Origin: Prevotella sp. P5-108
Lineage (GTDB): Bacteria > Bacteroidota > Bacteroidia > Bacteroidales > Paludibacteraceae
DNA length: 42,018 bases
Assembly (NCBI GenBank): GCA_963636305.1
Contig: CAVHKB010000001.1
Location: 1 to 42,018, forward strand
Direction of reading: 5' to 3'
The notes under the pieces were generated by a model. It made no database searches, was not told the origin of the DNA, and worked only from the letters and a program-made list of their open reading frames with translations. Positions within the stretch are counted from its first letter, which is position 1. Each line of letters opens with the position of its first letter. Positions 9,049 to 17,815 of the stretch are shown here, piece by piece. Made by a program: the position numbers and the translations under genes.

Positions 9049-9114
9049 ATATACGATTCATATAGGACGAATATAGGACGAATATAGGATGAACATACAA
9101 AAAACATACAATCG
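9049..9114 (+). repeat. Copy A of the ATATAGGACGA-type 11-bp phased array (six units)
   Basis: Units: ATATACGATTC ATATAGGACGA ATATAGGACGA ATATAGGATGA ACATACAAAAA ACATACAATCG. The AATTGTTAAAA motif lies at 8978-8988, 60 nt upstream. Confidence 0.9.
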
Positions 9115-9145
9115 CCCTCCGCGCAATTTAACTTTTGCATACCGT

Positions 9146-9176
9146 TTCTTAATGGTTCTTAATGGCTTATTAACGG
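9146..9176. repeat. Short tandem repeat TTCTTAATGG x2 plus variant CTTATTAACGG in the DsbD-gene leader
   Basis: Read directly at 9146-9155, 9156-9165 and 9166-9176. Confidence 0.8.
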
Positions 9177-9211
9177 TCAATCTTTCGGCAACCAAACAGT
9201 GAAGCAGTGTT

Positions 9212-10789
9212 ATGAAAAAAACGAAAATAGCCCTTATCTGTGTCCTTTGTTTACTTTTCGGTGCAGTCAACGCACAGATAGTAGCACCCGTCCATTGGAC
9301 GGGCAAGACTGTAGGCGACAGCATCTGTCTGCAGGCAACCATCGACAAAGGCTGGCACGCTACCATCTTCTCAATTGGCGATTCCGTCATCGAAAAAGAA
9401 TATACCGACACTTACACCGTAACGCTCCCTGCCTCGCATAATGCCTCTGTTCGCTACAATGCCTGCAACGACCAACTCTGCACCGCTCCCGAAGTATGGG
9501 AGTACAACCCGCAAACCCCTGTCGTGCAGCAGAGCATTCCTGCCGATACCTCGCTCTGGAGACTCTTCCTGCTCGGACTGTTGGGAGGACTATTGGCGAT
9601 ATTCACACCTTGTGTCTGGCCTATCATTCCTATGACGGTGTCCTTTTTCCTGAAGCGACCCGACAAAGGCGTACAAAATGCACTCCTCTATGGCTTGGCT
9701 ATTGTTATTATCTATGTCGGACTGGGCTTGATCGTTACCGCAATCTTTGGCGCATCGGCTCTCAACGCTATCTCCACCAACGCCATAGTCAATCTCTTCT
9801 TCTTTGCTTTGTTGGTGGTCTTTGCCCTCTCTTTCTTCGGATTGTTCGAAATAACTCTGCCCTCCTCATGGTCCACCAAACTCGATAGTAAAGCACGCTC
9901 CACTACAGGCTTCCTATCAATACTGCTGATGGCATTTACATTGGTCATTGTTTCTTTCTCCTGCACAGGTCCTATCATAGGCACATTGCTGGTCGAAGCG
10001 GCAGGACACTCATTCATGGCTCCCGCAATCGGTATGCTCGGCTTCGCAATAGCATTGGCGTTGCCCTTCTCTTTGTTCGCTATGTTTCCCCAATGGATGA
10101 GAAGTATGCCCCGTTCAGGTGGCTGGATGCAGTCCTTCAAGGTAGTCCTTGCTTTCCTGGAGTTGGCACTTTCACTCAAGTTCCTTAGTGTAGCAGACCT
10201 TGCTTATGGGTGGGGCATATTGCCACGCTGGCTTTTCCTTGCCATCTGGATTGCATGCTTCTTCGGAATAGGACTCTATCTGCTTTGGAACATAACCAAA
10301 CTTTCTGCAACACGCAAGGTTGTTCGTACCGTCGTCATTCTTCTCTCGTGGGGATTTGCAGCCTATCTCCTGCCCGGACTATGGGGCGCACCCGTCAAAG
10401 CCGTCTCTGCTTTCGCACCTCCAATGAAGATACAGGGTAGGGAAGTCTTCAACGACTACGACGAGGGTATGGCTTACGCCAAGCAGGAACATAAACCCGT
10501 ACTACTCGATTTCTCCGGCTATGGTTGTGTCAATTGCCGTAAAATGGAGGCGTATGTACTGGATAACGAACAAGTCAAGACACGACTCCAAAACTATGTC
10601 CTCATTGAACTCTATGTCGATGATAAACGCAACGGTATAGGAGAGAAAAACAGTCGGCTCCAACGCGAACAATTTGGCTCCAATGCACAACCCTACTACA
10701 TCCAACTCTCCTCCTCTGGAGAACCTGTTAGCGAACCCTATGCATTCTCAACCAATATCGCCGATTTCCTACAATGGCTAAAATACTAA
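9212..10789 (+). CDS. Protein-disulfide reductase, DsbD family (N-terminal periplasmic domain, multi-TM core, C-terminal thioredoxin)
   Basis: Signal peptide present. N-domain cysteines in ACNDQLC, membrane cysteines in FTPCVWP and SFSCTGP, and C-terminal thioredoxin CxxC in GYGCVNCRKME. Confidence 0.8.
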   Translation: MKKTKIALICVLCLLFGAVNAQIVAPVHWTGKTVGDSICLQATIDKGWHATIFSIGDSVIEKEYTDTYTVTLPASHNASVRYNACNDQLCTAPEVWEYNPQTPVVQQSIPADTSLWRLFLLGLLGGLLAIFTPCVWPIIPMTVSFFLKRPDKGVQNALLYGLAIVIIYVGLGLIVTAIFGASALNAISTNAIVNLFFFALLVVFALSFFGLFEITLPSSWSTKLDSKARSTTGFLSILLMAFTLVIVSFSCTGPIIGTLLVEAAGHSFMAPAIGMLGFAIALALPFSLFAMFPQWMRSMPRSGGWMQSFKVVLAFLELALSLKFLSVADLAYGWGILPRWLFLAIWIACFFGIGLYLLWNITKLSATRKVVRTVVILLSWGFAAYLLPGLWGAPVKAVSAFAPPMKIQGREVFNDYDEGMAYAKQEHKPVLLDFSGYGCVNCRKMEAYVLDNEQVKTRLQNYVLIELYVDDKRNGIGEKNSRLQREQFGSNAQPYYIQLSSSGEPVSEPYAFSTNIADFLQWLKY

Positions 10790-10795
10790 ACAAAA

Positions 10796-11623
10796 ATGTT
10801 CTATAAATCTTCCCATTCACCTGCCGAACATACTGTGCGTACACCGCACAAACGGCAGCAATACGACACCAAACGCCCCCCTGAAAAAGAAATGATTTTC
10901 GGAATAAGGGCAGTCATCGAAGCAATCGACGCCGGAAAAGTACTCGACAAAGTACTGCTGCGCCGTGATATGAGCAGCACTATAGGTCGGGAACTGCTGC
11001 AAAAACTCTCCGGCACCAATACCCCCGTGCAGAAAGTACCGATAGAGAAACTAAACCAGTTCACCGATAAAAACCACCAGGGAGTTATAGCCTTCCTCTC
11101 TCCTATCGAGTTCCAACCTGTCGAAAACATCGTACAGTCGCTCTTCGACAATGGGAAAACGCCACTACTCATGATACTCGATGGTATCACCGATGTACGA
11201 AACTTCGGGGCTATTGCACGCACCTGCGTATGTGCTGGCGTCGATGCACTGATAATATCCGCCAAAGGAAGCGTCGCTGTCAATGGCGATGCCGTTAAAA
11301 CTTCGGCGGGCGCACTGCACACATTGCCTGTCTGCAAGGTCGAAAACCTGCAGAACTGCCTCACTTTCCTCAAAGACAGTGGTCTGCAAATACTGGCTGC
11401 TACCGAACATACTACTACCAACTACACCGATGCCAATATGACACTCCCTACCGCAATCATCATGGGGTCCGAAGAAAATGGTATCTATCAGGCAAATCTG
11501 TCGTTAGCCACCCAACAGGTGCGTATTCCTATGACGGGGGCTATTGAAAGCCTCAATGTATCCGTAGCGGCAGGAGTAATACTCTACGAGGCAGTACGCC
11601 AAAGGGCAATTCGTAAAGCGTAA
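10796..11623 (+). CDS. rlmB: 23S rRNA (guanosine-2'-O)-methyltransferase, SpoU/TrmH family (RlmB-like)
   Basis: SpoU substrate-binding N-domain (IFGIRAVIEAI) and methylase core (NFGAIARTC, GSEENG, ESLNVSVAAG). The basic N-terminal extension is uncertain, and ATG 10892 is an alternative start. The gene begins 6 nt after the DsbD-like gene. Confidence 0.75.
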   Translation: MFYKSSHSPAEHTVRTPHKRQQYDTKRPPEKEMIFGIRAVIEAIDAGKVLDKVLLRRDMSSTIGRELLQKLSGTNTPVQKVPIEKLNQFTDKNHQGVIAFLSPIEFQPVENIVQSLFDNGKTPLLMILDGITDVRNFGAIARTCVCAGVDALIISAKGSVAVNGDAVKTSAGALHTLPVCKVENLQNCLTFLKDSGLQILAATEHTTTNYTDANMTLPTAIIMGSEENGIYQANLSLATQQVRIPMTGAIESLNVSVAAGVILYEAVRQRAIRKA

Positions 11624-11686
11624 CAAGCATCGTGCAACAGCGTACGCCGCATATCAATTGGTAATAGTTAAGTGCTATCTGCAACA

Positions 11687-12394
11687 ATGACAGTTCTCTA
11701 CGAAGATAATCATATTATAGCCGTCAATAAGACTTGCAACGAAATAGTGCAGGGCGATAAAACGGGCGACACTCCGCTATGCGACATCGTCAAAGCCTAT
11801 ATCAAACAGAAATACAACAAGCCAGGAGAGGTGTTCCTCGGAGTAACCCACCGCCTCGATCGACCGACGAGTGGAGTAGTCCTGTTCGCCCGTACAAGCA
11901 AAGCACTCGCAAGGCTCAACGAGATGTTCCAATCGCACGGACAAATACGGAAAACATATTGGGCGATAGTCCAAAATCCCCCAGTGCCTGCACAAGGTAC
12001 ACTCGAAAATTATCTGGTGCGTAACGAAAAGCAGAACAAATCTTATATAGCCCGACTGTCCTCCAACGGACTTCCTCTCGCCAAAGATGCAAAAAAGGCA
12101 CTGCTGACTTACCGTACCATCGCTTCAAGCAACCGCTATACACTGCTCGAAATCAATCTCACGACAGGACGGCATCACCAAATCCGTTGTCAACTCTCGG
12201 CAATAGGTTGCCCCGTCAAAGGAGACCTCAAGTACGGTGCTTCTCGAAGTAATCCAGATGGCGGGATTTGTCTTCACGCGCGCCATATTGAATTCATCCA
12301 CCCTGTTAGCCACGAGCATATATCCATCACGGCTCCTGTACCAAACGATAATCTGTGGCAGATACTCGCTGCACAGGTCAAAGAACAAGAATAA
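11687..12394 (+). CDS. RluA-family pseudouridine synthase
   Basis: Catalytic motif HRLDRPTSGVVLFA plus the GRHHQIRCQL motif. The ORF track starts at GTG 11672, but ATG 11687 (MTVLYEDNHIIAVNK) is preferred. Confidence 0.8.
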   Translation: MTVLYEDNHIIAVNKTCNEIVQGDKTGDTPLCDIVKAYIKQKYNKPGEVFLGVTHRLDRPTSGVVLFARTSKALARLNEMFQSHGQIRKTYWAIVQNPPVPAQGTLENYLVRNEKQNKSYIARLSSNGLPLAKDAKKALLTYRTIASSNRYTLLEINLTTGRHHQIRCQLSAIGCPVKGDLKYGASRSNPDGGICLHARHIEFIHPVSHEHISITAPVPNDNLWQILAAQVKEQE

Positions 12395-13053
12395 TGCAAA
12401 AAAGCAAGGTGTTTGATACCGTCTTCCTTATCACGGGATTGGTCGTACAAGTCGTGGTCTATCTGCTCATGCCCGACAACCCTTGGTCGCTCGTCAGTGG
12501 CTTGTTGGGCATGTGTTCGGTCATCCTCTGTTCTCAAGGCAATATACTAACCTTCTTCTTCGGATTCGGGCAGATAATTACTTACACCTACCTCTGCTAC
12601 TTGGAGCGTTTCTATGCCGGCATCGCTATGAACATATTCTATTTTCTTACGCAAATCTATGGAGTCTTCTCCTGGAAAAAACGCTTGGACGATACCTCTG
12701 ACAACAAACATTCATCCATCATTACCACTCGCCGCTTACGACCTCTACCCCTGGTTATTATTTGTTCATGCGCTCTGCTTCTCTCAGCCGTCACGGGCTA
12801 TTTGCTCCACGCTTACACCACCGACAGTAGCCCCTATCTTGATGCTTTCACAACCGTCCCTGCATTGGTGGCACAACTACTCATGATGCTTGCCTACCGC
12901 GAGCAATGGTATCTCTGGCTCTTTGTGGACATCTTGTCGGCAATAATGTGGATTCTCGCTGGAAACTACAGCATGGCTGCACTCTACATCTTTTGGTGCA
13001 TCAATTGTATTCTCGGCTATATCCGTTGGACGAAACAACTTGAAGCGAAATAA
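12394..13053 (+). CDS. pnuC: Nicotinamide riboside transporter PnuC
   Basis: 219-aa polytopic membrane protein with a PnuC-like C-terminal region (WYLWLFVDILSAIMWILAG ... FWCINCILGYIRW). ATG 12394 overlaps the RluA stop (TAATG). The ORF-track start 12355 lies inside the upstream gene. Confidence 0.75.
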   Translation: MQKSKVFDTVFLITGLVVQVVVYLLMPDNPWSLVSGLLGMCSVILCSQGNILTFFFGFGQIITYTYLCYLERFYAGIAMNIFYFLTQIYGVFSWKKRLDDTSDNKHSSIITTRRLRPLPLVIICSCALLLSAVTGYLLHAYTTDSSPYLDAFTTVPALVAQLLMMLAYREQWYLWLFVDILSAIMWILAGNYSMAALYIFWCINCILGYIRWTKQLEAK

Positions 13054-13077
13054 CTACCCGCCTGCTCGCACGCTTGT

Positions 13078-14832
13078 TCAATCATCGTTCAACGCAAGCC
13101 ACTCCGACTCAAGTCCGTCCAGCAACGAACATACCTCGCTGTATCGTACCGACAACGATTCTGCATCCTGCCCGCTTAGTACTTCGCCCGACAATCGTCG
13201 CTCAATCGCCGCTTTCTCCTCTTCCAATCGTGGAATAGTCTGTTCTATCTCCTCCAATCGGTTACGCTCCTTAAACGATAAACGCTTGGGTTTATTGTCT
13301 TCATTCAATCGTGGCTTCACTTTCGCTACTGGAATAGCCGTCTGACGGCTGTTCTCTGCACGACTTTCCGCTTGTTGTCGATAGTCCGTGTAATTACCCG
13401 CAAAGTCTTCTACTACGCCATTACCCTTAAACACAAACAGATGGTCCACTATCCTGTCCATAAAGTATCGGTCATGACTGACAACTATCAGACAACCCTT
13501 GAACATCTCCAACCAATCCTCTAATACTCGCAGAGTTGGTATATCCAAATCATTCGTAGGTTCATCCAATATCAGAAAATTAGGCTGTTGCATAAGGATA
13601 TAGCATAAATACAGCCGCTGTCGTTCTCCGCCCGATAATTTCTCAACATAGTCATATTGTTGGGCAGGCGAAAATAGAAAATACTGCAAAAATTGTGACG
13701 CACTCACACACTTGTCCCTCACGCGCACCTGCTCCGCCACATCACTTATAATATCAATAACCTTCTTTCCCGCTTGAAAATGCAATCCTTCTTGGGCGTA
13801 ATAACCAAAACGCACTGTCCCACCAACATCAAATATACCCGAATCAACAGGCTCAATACCTAACAACATCCGTAAAAAGGTCGTTTTACCTGTCCCGTTA
13901 TTACCTATTATACCCAACCGCTCATACCTCGAAAATACATAATTGAACTTCCGAAGAATGCACAACTCACCATACTGCTTGCACACATCTTTCGCCTCAA
14001 ATATCTTATTACCGATATAAGCAGACTGCATCTGTAGTTGCATATCACCTGCTTCTCCCACACCTCTCGCACGCTCGGATATCTCTCGAAAGTTATCTAT
14101 CCGATAACGCGCCTTGTGTCCTCTGGCCTGCGGCATACGGCGCATCCATTCCAATTCTTTGCGGTATAGATTCCTGTACTTTTCAGTTTCGGCCTGTAAT
14201 GCTTGCAAATACTCCGCCCGTTTCGTCAAGTAATAAGTGTAATTACCATGATATGCACGCAACGAACCTCCTTCCAATTCCCATATATCCGTGCATACAC
14301 TGTCCAAAAAGTACCTGTCATGCGTCACCATAAGCAGAGTCACCGACGAACGCTGCAAATAGCACTCCAACCACTCCACTATACCTAAGTCCAAGTGATT
14401 AGTAGGCTCGTCCAATAGTAGCAAATCCGGATGACTCACCAAACACTCCGCAAGCATAATCCTCTTCTGCTGCCCACCACTCAATGTGCCTATCGACCGT
14501 TGTATATCCGTTATCCCAAACTGCGTCAGCAGCCTGACAAACGCCTCCTTATCCTTCAAACCCTCTGCTATATGCGCTATAGTATCCTCCTCCTTAAAAC
14601 ATACCTTCTGCGGTAAATACCCTATGCGTAGCCCGTTACGGAAGGTTATATTCCCCTTGTCTGCACGCACGCAACCCGTCAGAATGTTCATCAAGGTCGT
14701 CTTGCCGCTGCCGTTACGGGCAATCAACGCAACCTTGTCACCCTGCGCAATACCAAACGACAAATCGTTCAGTAGCAGTCTGTCGCCTACCGATTTGTAT
14801 AGATGTTCTACTTGAAGATAAGAAACTGGCAT
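13078..14832 (-). CDS. ABC-F family ATPase (two tandem ABC cassettes, no TM domain; Uup/EttA-like)
   Basis: Two Walker A motifs (GSGKTT, GNNGTGKTT), two signature motifs (LSGGQQKR, LSGGERQR) and a charged coiled-coil C-terminus. Start taken at ATG 14832 (MPVSYLQVEHL). Confidence 0.85.
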   Translation of the reverse strand: MPVSYLQVEHLYKSVGDRLLLNDLSFGIAQGDKVALIARNGSGKTTLMNILTGCVRADKGNITFRNGLRIGYLPQKVCFKEEDTIAHIAEGLKDKEAFVRLLTQFGITDIQRSIGTLSGGQQKRIMLAECLVSHPDLLLLDEPTNHLDLGIVEWLECYLQRSSVTLLMVTHDRYFLDSVCTDIWELEGGSLRAYHGNYTYYLTKRAEYLQALQAETEKYRNLYRKELEWMRRMPQARGHKARYRIDNFREISERARGVGEAGDMQLQMQSAYIGNKIFEAKDVCKQYGELCILRKFNYVFSRYERLGIIGNNGTGKTTFLRMLLGIEPVDSGIFDVGGTVRFGYYAQEGLHFQAGKKVIDIISDVAEQVRVRDKCVSASQFLQYFLFSPAQQYDYVEKLSGGERQRLYLCYILMQQPNFLILDEPTNDLDIPTLRVLEDWLEMFKGCLIVVSHDRYFMDRIVDHLFVFKGNGVVEDFAGNYTDYRQQAESRAENSRQTAIPVAKVKPRLNEDNKPKRLSFKERNRLEEIEQTIPRLEEEKAAIERRLSGEVLSGQDAESLSVRYSEVCSLLDGLESEWLALNDD

Positions 14833-14865
14833 AATCCTCCTACAACATTCGCATCGCAAGAGAAA

Positions 14866-15663
14866 CTACTTCTCAAAACAAGCCAACTTCTTTATAATGA
14901 CCATTACCGCCCAATCGGGCAAATGTTTTATGATGGGTACAAACAGATGATTAATAGCACCCGGCATGTCTTGCTTCTTACGACGGAACATTTTCTTCAA
15001 CGCACGCTGTGCCAACTTCTCAGGGGGAATACTGACATGCAGATTAACAGCCAAACGACGCAGATGAGGTGCCAATCCATACAAACCTGTATCCACTGCG
15101 CCTGGTGTGATAACGGTCACTCCTACGCCGTGAAGACGCATCTCATACCACAGACTCTTCGAAAAGTTCAGTATATAAGCCTTCGTCGCATTGTAACACT
15201 GTATGCCTGGCATTGCCATCCATGCCGACATCGACGACATATTCAAGATATAACCATGCCCCCGCTTGCACATGTCCTCACCGAACAATCGGCATAACTT
15301 GGTCATCGTTACCACGTGCAACATCGTCATCAGTTCAATCCGCTTCATCGATGTTTCCACCAACGGATTGAAGAAAAACACACCCGCATTGTTAATCAGT
15401 ATATCTACCTCCATATCATGGCTCTCGCACCAGTCATGCAACTCCTCCGCCGCATTCTGTAACGACAAATCACGATACAACGCCGTTGTCTTTACGCCAT
15501 ACTTCTCGGCTATATCCCGTGCTGCCTCCTCTATCTCTTTCTCCTGATTGCTTACCATCAACAAGTCGCAACCATAGGTGCGTGCCAACTCATGGGCATA
15601 CATCAGACCTATCCCGCTACTGGCTCCCGTCACAAGAGCCAACTGTTTGCCTAATTTCTCCAT
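14866..15663 (-). CDS. Short-chain dehydrogenase/reductase (classical SDR), candidate hydroxysteroid dehydrogenase
   Basis: TGASSGIG cofactor motif, NNAG, catalytic YNATK and a hydrophobic C-terminal tail. The start overlaps the upstream gene's end by 13 nt. Confidence 0.8.
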   Translation of the reverse strand: MEKLGKQLALVTGASSGIGLMYAHELARTYGCDLLMVSNQEKEIEEAARDIAEKYGVKTTALYRDLSLQNAAEELHDWCESHDMEVDILINNAGVFFFNPLVETSMKRIELMTMLHVVTMTKLCRLFGEDMCKRGHGYILNMSSMSAWMAMPGIQCYNATKAYILNFSKSLWYEMRLHGVGVTVITPGAVDTGLYGLAPHLRRLAVNLHVSIPPEKLAQRALKKMFRRKKQDMPGAINHLFVPIIKHLPDWAVMVIIKKLACFEK

Positions 15664-16889
15664 CGTGCTTCCGCTTTTGCTATTTCGTCCTCCAATTTCT
15701 TGGGCAGATACTCTTCACACTTGTGGCACTTCATCTCCAATGTGTACATACGACCCACACAATAGTTGCTGCGACCGCATTTCGAGTGATAAGCCTCGTC
15801 TTCCTGAATATGATTCACAAACGCTGGGTCCTCTATCAGTACATGAGCCATCTGAATCAAGTCAAATCCCTCTGCAAGTACAGTCTCGCAATTGGCTCTG
15901 CTCTGTACTCCGCCCACATAGATAAGTGGCAACTGCAACTCCTTGCGGAAACGCTTTGCCGTATCAAGGAAAAAGAGTTCCTTGAAAGGTACCGTCGGTA
16001 TCATCATCCGACCCACCAAATACAACATCGCCTTCAGCCACCAAAAAGTCTTCATAGGCATATAATACGCCAAGGTCTTTATCGGCATCGCTCCGCCCAT
16101 CACTACCATCGGTGCCTTGCTCACAAAACCGGCGGTCAGAACAAGCGCATGAACACCATGCTTCTCTATCGCTTTCGCAACGGTGATACAGTCATCCACC
16201 TGTAGCCCACGCTTGAACCCGTCATACATGTTCGTCTTCACTACAACCGCCATATCATCCCCCGCGTGCCGCATTACCTCGTCCAACACTTCGTGCATGA
16301 AACGCATTCTGTTCTCCAACGAACCCCCGTACTCATCTCTACGATGATTCGTATAAGGCGACAAGAATTGGGAGATAAGATAACCGTGTCCCGCGTGTAT
16401 CTCTACACAATCAAAGCCACATTCCCTGCAGAAATCCACTGCCTCACCGAAATGTTTCACAATCGTCTTGATTTCGTCCTTCCGCAATCCCCTCACTATC
16501 GTGGGTGAATACAGGTTTATTCCCGACGACGCACCCACTGGCAACTGATAACCGCAGGTGTAGAAATGAGTCATATTCCCGCAATGACCCAACTGAATAC
16601 TGGCTTTGGCTCCTTCAGCGTGTATCGCCGAGGTCAGTTCCTTCAACGCAGGCTTAATCTCGTCATGTATGTAAAGTTGTCCGTCAAACGACACGCCTGA
16701 ACGGTCAACGGCACAATAGGCGACCGTCGTCATGCCTATACCGCCACGCGCTACCGATGTGTGATAATCAAACAACGCCTTGCTCGGCTTGTTGCCCTGA
16801 CACATGTTCTCAAAGGCTGCCGAACGGATAGTACGGTTACGCAAGGTTACTGGACCTAACTGAAAAGGACTAAATAGTTTCGATTCCAT
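15651..16889 (-). CDS. NADH:flavin oxidoreductase, Old Yellow Enzyme family, with a C-terminal Cys cluster
   Basis: The N-terminus FSPFQLGPVTLRNRTIRSA is typical of OYE/2,4-dienoyl-CoA-reductase-like enzymes. Also HAGHGYLISQFLSP and a C-terminal CGRSNYC...CHKC cluster. Confidence 0.75.
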   Translation of the reverse strand: MESKLFSPFQLGPVTLRNRTIRSAAFENMCQGNKPSKALFDYHTSVARGGIGMTTVAYCAVDRSGVSFDGQLYIHDEIKPALKELTSAIHAEGAKASIQLGHCGNMTHFYTCGYQLPVGASSGINLYSPTIVRGLRKDEIKTIVKHFGEAVDFCRECGFDCVEIHAGHGYLISQFLSPYTNHRRDEYGGSLENRMRFMHEVLDEVMRHAGDDMAVVVKTNMYDGFKRGLQVDDCITVAKAIEKHGVHALVLTAGFVSKAPMVVMGGAMPIKTLAYYMPMKTFWWLKAMLYLVGRMMIPTVPFKELFFLDTAKRFRKELQLPLIYVGGVQSRANCETVLAEGFDLIQMAHVLIEDPAFVNHIQEDEAYHSKCGRSNYCVGRMYTLEMKCHKCEEYLPKKLEDEIAKAEARWRN

Positions 16890-16971
16890 ACTCTTTCTTT
16901 TGCAATGGGTTCTTATTTCTGCAGACTGCGAACGAACCTTGTGGGTCCATTCGCAATCCGATAATTCTCTT

Positions 16972-17736
16972 TTAATAGATAAATGGAAATATACGCTTCA
17001 GCCGTTTCTTGTCGAACTGATCGGGAAACTCTCTCTCATACTTGTGGTATATCGAGTTGCTGCGCGGAATAAGGTTGGCGCAGGTGAACCAAAGGAACAC
17101 AAGACCCGCGTACGACCAGGTCAGCAACGCAAAACCTGCCCACTCTATAATCTCCCCCAAATAATTGGCTGAAGTCACATATTTGTATAAACCGCCCTGT
17201 GGCAGGTAATGGTTCGTGTCGCCGGGCTTCCGTAAATTCCTGATGACATGGTCGCTGTGCAAGTTTATACCCATCCCCACAAAGAAAACAATACTGCCCA
17301 ATATAAACTGCCAACTCTTCACCCACTCTGCCGAGTAGTAATTCACACCAGGTGCCAACTCAAACAACCACCGTCCCTGTATATATCCGTTCACAAGATT
17401 AAACACGATGCTCATGCCCATAATCACCAATGGCATCTTGCCGTTACCCTTCATAAGCAAAGGAAATACAAACGAACGCTGGAAATAATGCAACTCAAAG
17501 AAGAGGAAGAACAGAATATAAGGCAATGTCATCTGCACGTCCGATTTCGCCCAAAAGAAGAGCATAACCAAAAACACCGGACATTCCATCAATATCCATC
17601 CTACCTTGTTCGAAATTGTAGGACCCCACTTTGAGGATATCATCTTACCATAACCGGCATCAACAAAGTATAAGGCAATAATAACGATAACGCCGATTAG
17701 TGATACAATAAAAAGTAATGTGTTAAATTGTTCCAT
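16972..17736 (-). CDS. 3-oxo-5-alpha-steroid 4-dehydrogenase (steroid 5-alpha-reductase) family membrane protein
   Basis: 254-aa polytopic protein with a C-terminal GGLYKYVTSANYLGEIIEWAGFAL motif. Start set at ATG 17736 (MEQFNTLLFIV), because the ORF-track extension to 18006 runs through noncoding repeats. TATCTTTG -7 box at 17808-17815. Confidence 0.75.
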   Translation of the reverse strand: MEQFNTLLFIVSLIGVIVIIALYFVDAGYGKMISSKWGPTISNKVGWILMECPVFLVMLFFWAKSDVQMTLPYILFFLFFELHYFQRSFVFPLLMKGNGKMPLVIMGMSIVFNLVNGYIQGRWLFELAPGVNYYSAEWVKSWQFILGSIVFFVGMGINLHSDHVIRNLRKPGDTNHYLPQGGLYKYVTSANYLGEIIEWAGFALLTWSYAGLVFLWFTCANLIPRSNSIYHKYEREFPDQFDKKRLKRIFPFIY

Positions 17737-17807
17737 AAGCGTACTTTTTTCACAAGTCTGAGCCGTATCCTGCACGGCTCTCTCACCGCAAAAAGATAAG
17801 CAACTCG

Positions 17808-17815
17808 CAAAGATA
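17808..17815 (-). promoter_or_regulatory. -7 element TATCTTTG (minus strand) for the 5-alpha-reductase-like operon
   Basis: The reverse complement of CAAAGATA matches TAnnTTTG, 72 nt upstream of start 17736. Confidence 0.5.

Noticed and set aside
8899-9087. 62-aa + ORF, and the 102-aa + ORF at 17854..18162, both ending in YRTNIGRI
   Set aside because: The shared peptide is simply the translation of the ATATAGGACGAATATAGGACG DNA repeat. The rest of the two ORFs is unrelated low-complexity sequence, and neither has a promoter or start context. The similarity is at the DNA-repeat level, not a gene family.
9049-9114. Possible CRISPR array, suggested by the regularly spaced repeats
   Set aside because: The units are only 11 bp, directly abutting with no spacers. 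They are degenerate, and no cas genes are present in the window.
9129-9137. TAACTTTTG as the -7 promoter box for the DsbD-family gene
   Set aside because: It has one extra T relative to TAnnTTTG. It is plausible, but I did not list it as a feature because the match is imperfect and there is no supporting -33 element that I trust.
13054-13077. Expected bidirectional terminator between convergent pnuC and the ABC-F gene
   Set aside because: The gap is only 24 nt (CTACCCGCCTGCTCGCACGCTTGT) and contains no stable hairpin or T-run, so no terminator can be supported from the sequence.
16921-16960. Hairpin-like GCGAACGAACC...GGGTCCATTCGC between the 5AR-like and OYE-like genes, as a possible attenuator or terminator
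   Set aside because: Only the outer GCGAA/TTCGC arms pair cleanly, the inner pairing is poor, and no T-tract follows. There is no separate promoter box, so the genes are probably co-transcribed.
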